From positions 3,968,001-4,032,000 of the forward strand of contig OZ244621.1 of assembly GCA_965218425.1 (NCBI GenBank): DNA of 64,000 bases, in the 5' to 3' direction. A program made the translations under genes and the position numbers. The notes beneath the pieces were generated by a model. The model was not told the origin of the DNA. It saw only the letters and a program-made list of their open reading frames with translations, and did not search any database. Source of the DNA: an uncultured Candidatus Binatia bacterium (GTDB taxonomy: Bacteria; Desulfobacterota; Binatia; UBA9968; CAXXLF01). Shown one piece after another: positions 43,096-53,953 of the stretch (position 1 is its first letter; every line of letters begins with the position of its first letter).

Positions 43096-45053
43096 CGGCC
43101 ACCATCGGTCAGGGCAGTATCCTGTTGGCCTTGGCACTTTCCCTGTGGGGAATCGTTGCCCCGTTCATTTTTAGCCGAACCCGCAAGCAGCTTGTTTTCA
43201 CCAGCATTCGCTTTGGGATCCTCGGTCAATTCTTGTTTGTAACCCTTGCCGCCTCCTCCCTTATCTACGGTCTGATTACTACGGACTTTTCCATAAAATA
43301 CGTGGCCTTTAACACCACCCGGGCCACACCCATCTATTACCGTGTCACGGGTCTATGGGGCGCTTTGGAAGGTTCGCTGCTCTTGTGGGAATGGTTACTC
43401 ATTATTTTCTCCGCCCTGGTGGCTTGGATTTATAAGGACCGCCACCGGGAGCTGTTGCCCTGGGTGTTACTGATCTTCTCAATTGTCTCAGCATTTTTCC
43501 TTTCGGTCATTGCCTTTGCCTCAAACCCCTTCGAGCCGATCTTCCCGGTGCCTCCCGATGGTCGAGGGCTCAACCCGCTGTTGGAAGACGCCAATATGCT
43601 GACTCATCCACCGCTTCTCTACACCGGATTTGTGGGTCTCACGGTACCCTATGCCTTCGCCATGGCGGCGCTCATCATTGGAAAGCTCGATGCGGAATGG
43701 ATCGTTACCACCCGCCGCTGGACCATTACGGCGTGGTTCTTTTTAACCATGGGCAACCTCGTTGGGGCATGGTGGTCCTATCACGTGCTGGGATGGGGCG
43801 GTTACTGGGCGTGGGATCCCGTGGAAAACGCCGCCTTCATGCCATGGCTTCCCGCCACGGCATTCCTCCACTCGGTGCAGGTACAAGAGCGGCGCCAGAT
43901 GCTCAAGGTCTGGAATCTCTCCCTGATCATCCTAGCTTTCAGTCTAACTATTTTCGGTACGTTTCTTACACGGTCAGGGATCCTCTCCTCCATTCATGCT
44001 TTTTCTTCAGGACCCGTGGGTTCACTATTTCTCGCATTCCTTGCGTTTATCCTGGTGGGCTCATTCGGACTTCTCGCCTATCAGTCAGATCGGCTGAAAG
44101 GGCAACCCTTGTTGGATTCGCCGGTGAGCCGGGAGTCGGTCTTTCTCCTTAATAACGTGGTTTTGGTATCCGCCCTGTTTACCATCTTTCTTGGCACCAT
44201 CTTTCCCCTCCTTTCGGAGGCGGTGGCAGGCGTGCAGGTAAGCGTTGGAGCTCCCTACTTCAACTCCGTCACGGTGCCGCTATTTCTACTTTTGGTCTTT
44301 CTCATGGGAGTGGGACCCATGATTGCTTGGGGCAAGGCCTCTTGGGACAACCTCAGACGAAACTTCCTGTGGCCTTGCATCGCTTCGCTGGTGGTAGCCC
44401 TCGTCCTTTTTATCTGGCGCGTTCAGTCGTTTCTGCCTCTGTTGGGTTTTACTCTTTCGGCCTTTGTGGTGTTCACCATTTTGTTTGACACTGTGTTTTT
44501 AATGCGCGCCCGGCATCGCATCGCCGGCGAAGGGTTCATACGCGCCCTGGGCACCCTGGTACGAAAAAACCAGCGCCGTTACGGCGGCTTGGTGGTCCAT
44601 CTCGGTGTGGTCCTGGTGATTATGGGCATCGGCACCTCCATGAGCTACAGCGTCGAGCGGGAGGCAACCCTCCAGCAAGGACAGGAATTGACCGTGGGGC
44701 CATACAAAGTGCGATTCGATGGTTTGAAGGGCTCCCAGGAACCCACCCACTTTCGGATAGAAGGAGCATTTCGGGTTTTCAACAACGGGGATGATCTGGG
44801 CACCCTGTCCCCCGCGCTCAAGTTTTTTCCCAGCCAGAAGTCCCCTATTGGACGAGCGGTCCACCGTACCACCTTATCGGAGGACCTGTACGTCATCCTT
44901 TCGGGTTTCAGCGAGATAGAGCAAAACCAGGCTACGTTAAAAATTTTACTTCGGCCGCTGGTGAGTTGGATTTGGATTGGCGGATTTGTCATGGCCTTGG
45001 GCACCCTGGTGGCCGTCTGGCCCGTGGGGCGCTTTTCCTCACGGGAGAGTTAA
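43092..45053 (+). CDS. ccmF: Heme lyase CcmF
   Basis: GRGLNPLL, HPPLLY, LGWGGYWAWDPVEN, RSGILSSIHAF. Confidence 0.97.
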   Translation: MTATIGQGSILLALALSLWGIVAPFIFSRTRKQLVFTSIRFGILGQFLFVTLAASSLIYGLITTDFSIKYVAFNTTRATPIYYRVTGLWGALEGSLLLWEWLLIIFSALVAWIYKDRHRELLPWVLLIFSIVSAFFLSVIAFASNPFEPIFPVPPDGRGLNPLLEDANMLTHPPLLYTGFVGLTVPYAFAMAALIIGKLDAEWIVTTRRWTITAWFFLTMGNLVGAWWSYHVLGWGGYWAWDPVENAAFMPWLPATAFLHSVQVQERRQMLKVWNLSLIILAFSLTIFGTFLTRSGILSSIHAFSSGPVGSLFLAFLAFILVGSFGLLAYQSDRLKGQPLLDSPVSRESVFLLNNVVLVSALFTIFLGTIFPLLSEAVAGVQVSVGAPYFNSVTVPLFLLLVFLMGVGPMIAWGKASWDNLRRNFLWPCIASLVVALVLFIWRVQSFLPLLGFTLSAFVVFTILFDTVFLMRARHRIAGEGFIRALGTLVRKNQRRYGGLVVHLGVVLVIMGIGTSMSYSVEREATLQQGQELTVGPYKVRFDGLKGSQEPTHFRIEGAFRVFNNGDDLGTLSPALKFFPSQKSPIGRAVHRTTLSEDLYVILSGFSEIEQNQATLKILLRPLVSWIWIGGFVMALGTLVAVWPVGRFSSRES

Positions 45054-45056
45054 TCC

Positions 45057-45623
45057 ATGGCCTGGCGGCGTTTGACCGTTACTGTATCAGCCATCATGCT
45101 TCTTATCGGGCTATTGGCCTATAGTTTTAAACGTGACCCGCGCTATATCGAGTCTCCCCTCATCGGCCACCCCGCCCCAACCTTCGTCCTCACCCTGTTT
45201 GATGGAAAGCGTATCAGCCTTCAGGACCTGCGCGGAAAAGTGGTGTTCCTCAACTTCTGGGCCTCCTGGTGTCCTCCCTGCCGAGCCGAGGCGAAGGACC
45301 TGGAAGCCGGCTGGCAGAGATTTAAGGATCAGGGTATCGTCTTCGTGGGAGTCAACATCCAAGACAAGGAACCCGCTGCTATGGAGTTCATCAGCGAATT
45401 TGGCATCACGTTTCCCAACGGACGGGATGCTAGCGGTCGAATGGCAGTAGATTATGGCGTGTGGGGAATCCCGGAGACTTTTTTTATCGATGCCGAGGGG
45501 AGAGTTACCTATAAACATGTGGGAAGCCTTGGATGGCCCATCATTTCGGCTAAACTGGACGAGGCCCAACGCAGTCTGGTGAGCGCCAGTGAAGGAAGAG
45601 GGGATTATCAACCTATTCGGTGA
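45057..45623 (+). CDS. ccmG: Thiol-disulfide oxidoreductase CcmG/TlpA
   Basis: NFWASWCPPC, GIPETFFID; operon position. Confidence 0.85.
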   Translation: MAWRRLTVTVSAIMLLIGLLAYSFKRDPRYIESPLIGHPAPTFVLTLFDGKRISLQDLRGKVVFLNFWASWCPPCRAEAKDLEAGWQRFKDQGIVFVGVNIQDKEPAAMEFISEFGITFPNGRDASGRMAVDYGVWGIPETFFIDAEGRVTYKHVGSLGWPIISAKLDEAQRSLVSASEGRGDYQPIR

Positions 45624-45629
45624 CCCGGC

Positions 45630-47230
45630 ATGAAATCACGACTTTATTTGTTGCTACTCTTCTGGTTCATTCCCGCATCCATACATGCAGAGTCGGTGGA
45701 TCTGGAGGAGCAGGTTCGCCGGATCGCAACGGAACTTCGTTGTCCCGTGTGCCAAAACCTCTCCGTGGCTGACTCTCCCTCCGAGATGGCCCAGCAAATG
45801 CGCGCCATCATTCAGCGACAACTCAAAGAGGGCAAAAGTCCGGATGAGGTAAAAACCTACTTCATTTCCAAGTACGGTGAGTGGGTCATGTTAGCCCCCA
45901 GGGCAAAAGGGTTTAGCCTGCTCATCTGGATTCTTCCCTTCGTTGCACTGGGAGGAGGGATCCTCTTTGTGGTTGTCATGGTTAGGCGTTGGGCGAAAAA
46001 CAGACCTGAGCGCCCATCCACCGCGGCGGATCCTGCCATGGCTCAACGGATACGCCGGGATATGTCGCGGCGAAAAAATTGGGAAGTGCCCCCCCATCTC
46101 GAGGGCCCACAAGTGCACCTGCTGAGAGAGCGGGCAAGGCTCTATAATGAGATTCAGGAGCTGGAGTTGGACTACCACGCAGGTAAACTTTCCGAGGCGG
46201 ACTACCACGAGGCGCGCCAGGGCTACGAAGAACAGGCCTCAGGGGTGCTGAGGGAACTTGGTTCCCAAGTTCCCTCCGAAAGCCAGAATCCTGTCAAAAA
46301 GGACGAGCCAAAATCATCCCAATCTGGTTCCCGCCCGGGTTGGGTCTTTACCGTCACGGCCGCTTTCTTACTTCTATTTGGCGTGACCCTTGGAGTTTTG
46401 CTTAGTCATTCCTTACGGACCCGAACCTCGCCGCAAGACAGTATAACGGGCGATTTTCTAACCGGAACCACCGCGCAACGGGGGGATCTGGATGCCCTCC
46501 TCAAGCAGGGTCGAGACGCCTACTCTCGCCAAGAGTGGGCACAATCCATCGATGCATTTAAAAAGTACTCGCTATTGAAGCAAGACATCCCGAGGCTCAT
46601 TCATACATGGGGCTCATCCTGGCGGGAGCCGGCCACGGCGATGCTGCGATTTTGGCCTTTAACCGTGCCCTCTCCATCGACCCCGATTACGCCTTGGCCC
46701 TATGGGGCAATGGAATGGTGCTTTATCGTCAAAAGGGCAATCTCCCTGGAGCGCGCGAAAAACTGAAAAAGCTCCTGACTCTGTTACCTCCGGGCGCTGA
46801 AAGGCAAAACGTTTTACAGACCATCGCGGAAATCAACCAGCGGAAGGGAACCCGGTTGGCGAGTCAGGCGGCGCCTGTGACCGATGGAATTCAGGGAACC
46901 ATTTCCATCGAGCCTAAACTCAAGACGAAACATCAGGAGGGAGGAACCCTGTTCATCATTGCAAGAAGGGCAGCCACCCAAGGCGGACCACCCCTAGCGG
47001 TGAAGAGAATTGCGAGCCCGGTATTTCCTCTTTCCTATTCCCTGGGTAAAGAAAATACGATGATTCCAGGGAGCGTCTTTGAAGGGAGGGTAAACATCAT
47101 CGTTCGACTGGACCAGGACGGTGATCCCCTCACCAGAGGACCTGATGACCTTACGGGAAGTTATGAGAAGAACCCCGTCGCAATCGGTTCCCAAAACGTG
47201 GACATCGTTTTGAGCGCGGGGGTTCAGTAG
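45630..47230 (+). CDS. ccmH: CcmH-CcmI(TPR) fusion; -1 frameshift at A-run ~46560
   Basis: LRCPVCQN, CcmI-like LELDYHAGKLSEADY, then TPRs and a PLAVKR C-terminal domain. A5 to A6 gives AFKKVLAIEARHPEAHSYMG, joining ORFs 45630-46766 and 46607-47230. Confidence 0.85.
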
Positions 47231-47321
47231 ACGACCGGGCAATTAATTCAATGGTACATATTCGGCCTGGACGGCAGGAAAGTACATTACAGGAATACCG
47301 CAATCGGGATCATCCCTTTTT

Positions 47322-47640
47322 TCATTGAGCCGTCTCCACCACCCTTGCCATTTCCACTACTGTCTCAAATGCACGGTCTAAGTCGAATTCAGCCAAATCT
47401 TGCTCTCGTAAAACGCCCTTCAACTGACGCTCAATCTGGTTCCCAAGCTCCTTGAGCCGTTGCGTAGAGACATCCACTGGCTCGTTACTGGGAACCGTCA
47501 ACTTTGCCTTCACCTGAGTCACTAGGTCCATAGATTCCGGGCGGATGCCACCTTTTCGGACGGCGTGATCAATATCATAAAAGTCGCGGACCGCAACCTC
47601 CCAGCGTGAAAGGGCGGCTCGAAACTTTTCGGAAATTGCC
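47322..47640 (-). pseudogene. C-terminal fragment of an AbiEii-like nucleotidyltransferase toxin
   Basis: EKFRAALSR...RDFYDID motif typical of the AbiEii C-terminus; no N-terminal NTase domain. Confidence 0.6.
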
Positions 47641-48051
47641 CCTATCTTTGCAATGAAGCACACGGCATGATCGGAACTGAGGATCCAAAGCACTTGCTGA
47701 GTGATCGCCGATTGTTCCAACGTTTCCGGGGATTGAGCCACTCAAAATGGCATCCCCAAACCCAACTACTGATATAAGGTTCGTTCTTCTCTCGAATCTC
47801 TTCGCGGAATCGGGGAGTTGGATTTTCTCCTAATCCAGCAAAGTAACTATCTACTTTAACGCATACACTCCTAGTGGCTTTATAGTCCCAACATGGCCGT
47901 CTTGCCCATTTCCAACGGCTTCTCACTTCACCACGCAATGTATCGCTTCGCATTGTATCTCCTCTTTTCTCTTCATTCTAGAACCGAAAGAGTCGTAAGT
48001 CGGGGAAAATTCCATTGGTTCTACACTCTCAAGGCATTGATCTGTATGGTG

Positions 48052-49252
48052 TGGCCTGCTCCCCTTTTTGTCCTCACCTATAAGTTAGTGGTGTTTCGTT
48101 GTGGTCCGCTCCGGACCGGGTTGCAAACTCCATCGGTGTGAGTCCGTTAAGGTTCGTGTGTGGTCTTCTGGCGTTGTAGTCGACCCTCCAGTCTTCGATG
48201 ATCTCTCGCGCATGGCGGTAGCTGATGAATATGTGCTCGTTCAGGCATTCATCACGCACACGCCCGATGAAGCTCTCCACCAACCCGTTCTGCATGGGCT
48301 TGCCCGGAGCGATGTCGTGCCACTCTACCCGGCGACCCTGCTGCCATCGCAGCATCGCATTCGACGTGAACTCGGTGCCGTTATCGGACACCACTAGGAG
48401 GGGATCACCGCGCCGTTGAGCGATGTGGTCCAGTTCTCGGGCAACCCGCTCTGCGGTGATGGAGTTGTCTACGATGGTGGCCAGGCACTCCCGTGTGAAG
48501 TCGTCGATCACGCAGAGCACACGGAAACGCCGGCTGTCGACCAAGGCGTCGGATGCGAAGTCCACCGACCAGCGCTGATTGGCCCCTTGCGGGATCGTCA
48601 TCGGCGCCCGGCTCCCAAGCGCCCGCTTGCGACCGCCCCGTTTGCGCACCGCCAACTTCTCCTCCTTGTAGAGCCGGTAGAGCTTCTTGCGATTCACCAC
48701 CACGCCTTCCCGCGCCAGCAACAGGTGCAGGCGCCGATACCCGAAACGACGGCGTTCCGCCGCCAGCTCCCGCAGCTTCTGCCGTAACTCCCCGTCATCC
48801 GGTCTCATCGACCGATAACGGTAGACCCGCGGCTCGATGCCCAACAGACCACAAGCCCGCCGCTGCGAGTCACCCTTTTCCTTCATCGCCCAGTCCACGG
48901 CTTCTCTCCTGGACCTGGGCGTCAGAAGTCTTTTCCCACCATCTCCTTGAGCGTCGATACGTCCAGCATCGCGTCCGCCAAAAGACGCTTCAGCTTGGCG
49001 TTCTCCGTCTCCAGGCTCCGAAGCCGTTTCGCCTCAGACACCTCCAGCCCGCTATACTTCGAGCGCCACTTGTACAACGTCGCGTCACTGACGCCGTGCT
49101 TGCGACACAGCTCCGTCGCCCCCAGCCCCGCCTGGTGCTCCTTCAGAATCCCGACGATCTGTGTTTCGCTGAACCTGCTCTTGCGCATGCGTGCCCCTCC
49201 TCTTCGGTCAAAGACTAACCTCTAGGTGAGGACAATCAAGGGGAGCAGGTCA
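48052..49252 (-). mobile_element. IS3-family (IS407-like) insertion sequence (1201 bp)
   Basis: IRs TGGCCTGCTCCCCTTTTTGTCCTCACCTA and TGACCTGCTCCCCTTGATTGTCCTCACCTA; 4-bp duplication GGTG. Confidence 0.95.
48074..49188 (-). CDS. IS3 transposase OrfA (48922-49188) and OrfB (48074-~48920)
   Basis: [35 protein letters not shown]. Confidence 0.93.
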
Positions 49253-49447
49253 GGTGGCCGAAGCAGTTCTATATTGGTTGATCGTTCCTTTAATTCTTAT
49301 CCCTATCGGACTCTTGTTGCTGATTCGTCGCTGGACAACAGAGATCGTCGTCTGATCTACAAGCGTGGCCGGGTAGCTAAGAAGAACGACGAGATGAGTC
49401 TTAACCGAATCGAGGAAGTCAACCGTTCAGTGAAAAGCCCCGAACCG

Positions 49448-49891
49448 TTAATTACGAAACTCAATATCCCGTAATGGCACCACGATGCTATGGCCTTTGA
49501 GCTGCTTCACCATGATGTCATCGGCAGTGATCAAAGGGTATCCGAGGTGCTCGGCCAAGGCCACATAGAGGGCGTCGTAGATGGTGATTTTGTAGACCCA
49601 GGCGATGGCGTTGGCTTTGCGAAAAAGGTTAAAATCGGCGGGTTTTACTTGGAGATGTAGGTTTTCGAGCACATGAAGTGCCTCAGCACCGTCTTCCTCA
49701 TTTGCCCTCGGTGCGTATCTGAGAGCGTTAAGGATTTCCAGAAATGTGAGTTCAGAAACAAACAGACTGGAACGGCCAGATGTATGGAGTTCCCTAAGAC
49801 CAAGAGCGCGATCACGATCTTCCTCTTCCATGAACCATTTGACCAGGACAGAAGCGTCCACAACGTAGCCAGCATGATAAGTAGGGATCAC
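49448..49891 (-). CDS. vapC: VapC-family PIN-domain toxin
   Basis: VVDASVLVKWF, EILNAL, IYDALYVALA, LITAD. Confidence 0.9.
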   Translation of the reverse strand: MIPTYHAGYVVDASVLVKWFMEEEDRDRALGLRELHTSGRSSLFVSELTFLEILNALRYAPRANEEDGAEALHVLENLHLQVKPADFNLFRKANAIAWVYKITIYDALYVALAEHLGYPLITADDIMVKQLKGHSIVVPLRDIEFRN

Positions 49892-50160
49892 TGATCATCT
49901 TTCAAATTGGTGTCGCGGAATTTCCGAATAATTGCCTGGGCGTCCCAGCGGCCAAGTTTTTTAGCTAAGCGGTCCATCCTCTCGGAGGCCTTTTTCATCT
50001 TTTCCCGCTTTTCCTTCTCTTCCCGTTTCTTCCTCTTCTCGTGCAGATACTCTTCCAATGCCTCTTGAATGAGAGCGCTGCGGCTGGTTCCCTCGTCTTT
50101 TACTTCTTCGTTGATTTCTTCGAGCAATTCGTCTCTTAAAAAAACATTCACACGCCCCAT
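49888..50160 (-). CDS. Ribbon-helix-helix (CopG-like) antitoxin
   Basis: MGRVNVFLRDELLEEI...SRSALIQEALEEYL; overlaps the vapC start by 4 nt. Confidence 0.85.
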   Translation of the reverse strand: MGRVNVFLRDELLEEINEEVKDEGTSRSALIQEALEEYLHEKRKKREEKEKREKMKKASERMDRLAKKLGRWDAQAIIRKFRDTNLKDDQ

Positions 50161-50173
50161 AGCACGCCCCCTT

Positions 50174-50258
50174 AACACACTTGAAACACACCAATAGTGT
50201 GTTGTCAAACGCACACAGTCCAACGAGATTCATATACTTTAAACCTGAATGATGTCAA
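50174..50258 (-). promoter_or_regulatory. Putative TA promoter and operator
   Basis: Palindrome AACACAC-N5-GTGTGTT (50185-50203) with an extra AACACAC at 50174; minus-strand TTGACA-N16-TATATG upstream. Confidence 0.55.
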
Positions 50259-50396
50259 GAACTTAGGATAGCACTAAAGGACAAGAGGCCGTTTTGTTAT
50301 GAAATTCTGGATCGACTGGAGAGCCTATTAAACGAGCGATGAAAGATTTGTGATGGAGTGCTTGACGGTGACTTGCCGGGAAAACAGAAAACCGGC

Positions 50397-50800
50397 TTAC
50401 AGCCATTTCCATCTACGTAGGATATCTAGGGGAGTCTCTTTTACGCTCATGTCCGGGTCTTCGAGGAGAGCCTCGATCTCTTCCCTCAATGCCCTCAGGT
50501 CCCGCTGCTTTCCCTCCTCGCTCAATCGTTTTAGAGCCGATCCCCGAATCCTGCCGTCCTCGTCCCGCAGGCATTTTCGGTATACTTCCACATAACCGGG
50601 GGTCTGAGCCATGGGCCTTAAACAGACCAAGGCGTCGAAGCGGAGTTCGGCGTTTTTGTGTTCCAGATATTTGAGATAGACCTTCGTGACTTCTTCTTTC
50701 TTTGAATAAAATCGCCACAGGTTGAACAGGATGGTCCTCTTCTGCTCCATGGGATCATGGTCAAGCCGGTCCGGCAGGAGGCCTAGAATGCGGTCGTCTC
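50397..50800 (-). pseudogene. HEAT-repeat protein, C-terminal fragment
   Basis: LEHKNAELRFDAL, LRDEDGRIRGSAL, LEDPDMSVKE repeats; the frame is closed by a stop near 50800 with no convincing start. Confidence 0.6.
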
Positions 50801-50936
50801 ACAAACGGATTCCACATATCTCTTGGCCTTCTCACAAACTCGTTCCCGTGGTTCAATTCGATGACGCAATTCATTTCAATTTCACGCCTTATCGTTTATT
50901 GCCTTTGAGGTTATCTCCCTCACGAAGAAATACGGC

Positions 50937-52556
50937 TCACCACCCTATGGCATAACTTTCCCGTCTCGGGTCCGCTCCACTCATCCAGGTCCCCGTCAAC
51001 GGATCCTTGACGATAACGGCTGCGTCGCCAAAGGACCACCGACCCACAATCTCAACATTGTGTCCTTTTGCAACAAGTCCATTCACCACGGCCGGAGGGA
51101 TGCCCTCCTCTACCTTTAGTTCCTCCGGGAGTTCCGCCGATGCGGGCGCCGTCCCCGGCCGATGGCTCCAGCGGGGCAACTCGATAGCGGCCTGGGGAGA
51201 GAGCCGTCGGTCGAGCAGATGGTGCAGGACCTGTACGTTGGTTTGTGGCTGGTCATCCGCACCCGGTGTCCCACCCACGGCAAAGAACTCGTTATCCCGT
51301 AAAACCATGTACGAATTCAAAGTATGGGCGGGTCTCTTTCCCGGCACCAGTGCATTGGCCTTACCCGGATTGAGATTACAACTGGACAACCGGTTATTCA
51401 TCACCATACCGGTATCACCGGCCACTACCCGGGAACCAAAGATCGAAAAGATACTTTGAATCAGAGACACCACATTGCCATCCCGGTCCACCGTGCAGAG
51501 ATACGTGGTATCGCTGCCCAAGGATGCGTCGAGGCGCTTGCGTGACCGGGCTCTGTCCGAAATTAAGCGACGTCTCTTGCCGGCATGCTCCTTTGAAATC
51601 AACCGTGAAATTCCCAGATCGCCAAAACGCGGGTCTTCCAGGTGATTGATGCGGTCCTCGAAGGCGAGCTTTTTAGCTTCCACCATCATATGGATATCAT
51701 CCACTGGATCCATACTTGGCAGCGAATAGCCCTCCATAATATTGAGCATCTCCAGAACGATGAAACCCTGGGATACCGGAGGTTGCTCGAACAGGGAAAA
51801 ATCGCGGTAGGTTGTGGTGACGGGTTCCTTCCACTCCGCATGTCTCGCCTCGAGGTCCTCCTGGCTTATGATCCCGCCTTCCTTTCGAAGCGCGGCGCAC
51901 ATGCGCGCTCCGATTTCTCCTTCATAAAATGATTTCCTGCCGGTCCTCACAATTTCTTCCAGAGTCTTAGCCAGCTCTTCTTGCACTAGATACCTACCGG
52001 GCACGGGAGGATCCATAGGCCTCCGAAAAGACCGGTCCACCCAGGGATAGAAGGGGGCAAGTTCAGAGACGGATTCCAGCAACGTTCTATAGGCTGGGAA
52101 TCCATGGCGGGCGTAACCGATGGCGTCCTGAGCCAGCCTCGGAAGTTCCATGGTTCCATATTTCGAATGGAGTTCCATCCACCCATCCACGATACCAGGT
52201 ACCGCAATGCTCAAGGGGCCGTCTGAGGGAATCAGAGACAAACCCTTATCCTTGAAGAATTCCACCGTGGCTTTCCTTGGCGCAGGGCCGCTTGCATTTA
52301 GGGCCTCCACTTTTCCCTTGTCCTTTATAAGGACAAGGGAAAAGAGATCACCTCCGACTCCACAGGCCTGAGGCCGCACCACCGCCAAGACAAATGAAGC
52401 CGCCAGGGCGGCATCCACGGCATTACCTCCCTCTTGCAACGCCTTGACACCAGAGAGGGAAGCGAGGTGGTGACCTGAGGAGACCACACCGTTACAACCC
52501 ATCACGACGGGTCGTGCTGTTGGCGAATGGTTCAAAAGAGCTGGTGAAGAATTCAT
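50937..52556 (-). CDS. ggt: Gamma-glutamyltransferase family (Ntn hydrolase)
   Basis: GGNAVDAA, GVGGD, DTTYLCTVDRDGN (catalytic Thr), PGKRPAHTL, GADPRRE. Confidence 0.92.
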   Translation of the reverse strand: MNSSPALLNHSPTARPVVMGCNGVVSSGHHLASLSGVKALQEGGNAVDAALAASFVLAVVRPQACGVGGDLFSLVLIKDKGKVEALNASGPAPRKATVEFFKDKGLSLIPSDGPLSIAVPGIVDGWMELHSKYGTMELPRLAQDAIGYARHGFPAYRTLLESVSELAPFYPWVDRSFRRPMDPPVPGRYLVQEELAKTLEEIVRTGRKSFYEGEIGARMCAALRKEGGIISQEDLEARHAEWKEPVTTTYRDFSLFEQPPVSQGFIVLEMLNIMEGYSLPSMDPVDDIHMMVEAKKLAFEDRINHLEDPRFGDLGISRLISKEHAGKRRRLISDRARSRKRLDASLGSDTTYLCTVDRDGNVVSLIQSIFSIFGSRVVAGDTGMVMNNRLSSCNLNPGKANALVPGKRPAHTLNSYMVLRDNEFFAVGGTPGADDQPQTNVQVLHHLLDRRLSPQAAIELPRWSHRPGTAPASAELPEELKVEEGIPPAVVNGLVAKGHNVEIVGRWSFGDAAVIVKDPLTGTWMSGADPRRESYAIGW

Positions 52557-52711
52557 GACCTCAATGAGTACGGATCTTGGGTCCAGAGGGTGAAATTCTA
52601 GGACCTATAAATTAATGGAGGCAAACTACACTCCCCGGTATACCATTAAGGCCGGGTGCAGCCTGCCTCCTAAAGGCAACCTCGATTCAATTTCGAACTT
52701 CGATACGTGGC

Positions 52712-53134
52712 TCAGTCCACGAGCTCGCCGGCATCCTGCCCCCCACCCGTTTGATAAACGATCCTTTTCCCCGTGGCGTCATCGATTTCCGAGCGCTGCC
52801 CACCCGCCTTGGCAAGATCTCCCTTGGTGGGATGGTTGCTATTGCCCAAAAGAACCATGGGTTCATCATGTGGGTTTGAACCTTCATAATACTCATGGGC
52901 TGGTATGCTGATTATCTTGCCGGGGGAAAGCTCATGGGTTTCATTAGGCCCTTTCATGGTGCCTTTCCCGGTTAAAACATAGTAGGTTCGGTCACCGGGA
53001 TGACTATGCATCCTCTGGACGTCGCCCGGGGGGAAATACAACAACCACGTATCCAGGTTCGCTGTCCTAAAAAGGTTGACCCTTCGCCCCCTTTTTAACT
53101 CCTTGAGCGCCTCATTCGTTTCTTTGATTTCCAT
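52712..53134 (-). CDS. Cupin-domain protein
   Basis: MHSHPGDRTYYVLTGKG...IISIPAHEY. Confidence 0.8.
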   Translation of the reverse strand: MEIKETNEALKELKRGRRVNLFRTANLDTWLLYFPPGDVQRMHSHPGDRTYYVLTGKGTMKGPNETHELSPGKIISIPAHEYYEGSNPHDEPMVLLGNSNHPTKGDLAKAGGQRSEIDDATGKRIVYQTGGGQDAGELVD

Positions 53135-53468
53135 AAATTCCTCCTCTGAGTTAATACGTCGACACCCCGAGGCAGTTCACGATCTAGCAAGATTCATTTC
53201 GCCTGAATTCAATCCATATCCCCACCCAAGCAGACAGTCAAGTGTATGTATAGCTAAGAGGGCCAAGAAATTGCCTAGCAACCCTACATTTCCCAAAATG
53301 GACCATGAGATAGGAAGCTTAATTTTTGTACCAATGGACAATACAGATTTCACCCGCAGGACGGCATAAATCCCATCCGTATTTGATTTTACAATATTTT
53401 AACAACACCCCATGGGAAACAATTTGGCATGATCCATGTTTTATTCACAGGATGGAAGGGGAACGTCC

Positions 53469-53880
53469 ATGTTCAACAACAATACTAGCCAGAATGAGGG
53501 CCCGCTGCTAACCGTCTTGGGCACAAGTATCTATCCTGAAGGAAAATTCAGTATTACCGAATATATACAAATTGAATATGAAGTATTAGCTGAGATTAAT
53601 GTGGATGGAAAGCTGATTATAGAGACAGAGGCATTGTTAAAGCCGATGTCTACGCCACGGATGCCATCATCATGGGACACTGCGAAGGAAACATGGTTGC
53701 CACGGGCAATGTAGAGATTGCTGCTTCAGGGAGAGTCTCAGGGAACATTGAAACGGACTCCCTTGTTATCCCCCAAGGGCAGTTTTTTCAATGCTCAGGT
53801 AACCAAAATGCAGCGGGGCGCTGAAATAATCCAAGAAGAGCGGCATAGCGTCGCCCCGGCATTGTTCGCGCATAAGAAAG
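53469..53880 (+). pseudogene. Bactofilin (polymer-forming cytoskeletal protein), two frameshifts
   Basis: TVLGTSIYPEGKF...DGKLII / KADVYATDAIIMGHCEGNMVATGNVEIAASGRVSGNIETDSLVI / KGSFFNAQV across frames. The 3' end is approximate. Confidence 0.75.
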
Positions 53881-53953
53881 CTAACGAAGTGCGTGTCAAC
53901 CGAGTCCCCATAAACCCACGCGGGTACCTTATAAAAAGGCCCCCGCACTCGAA

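Larger units (their letters stand above)
47980..49423 (+). pseudogene. Membrane protein with bacterial PH (bPH_2/YdbS-like) domain, interrupted by IS3 and a small deletion
   Basis: IS-free splice reads ERVVSRGKFHWFY..MVAEAVLYWLIVPLILIPIGLLLLIRRWTTEI / RRLIYKRGRVAKKNDEMSLNRIEEVN. Confidence 0.65.
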
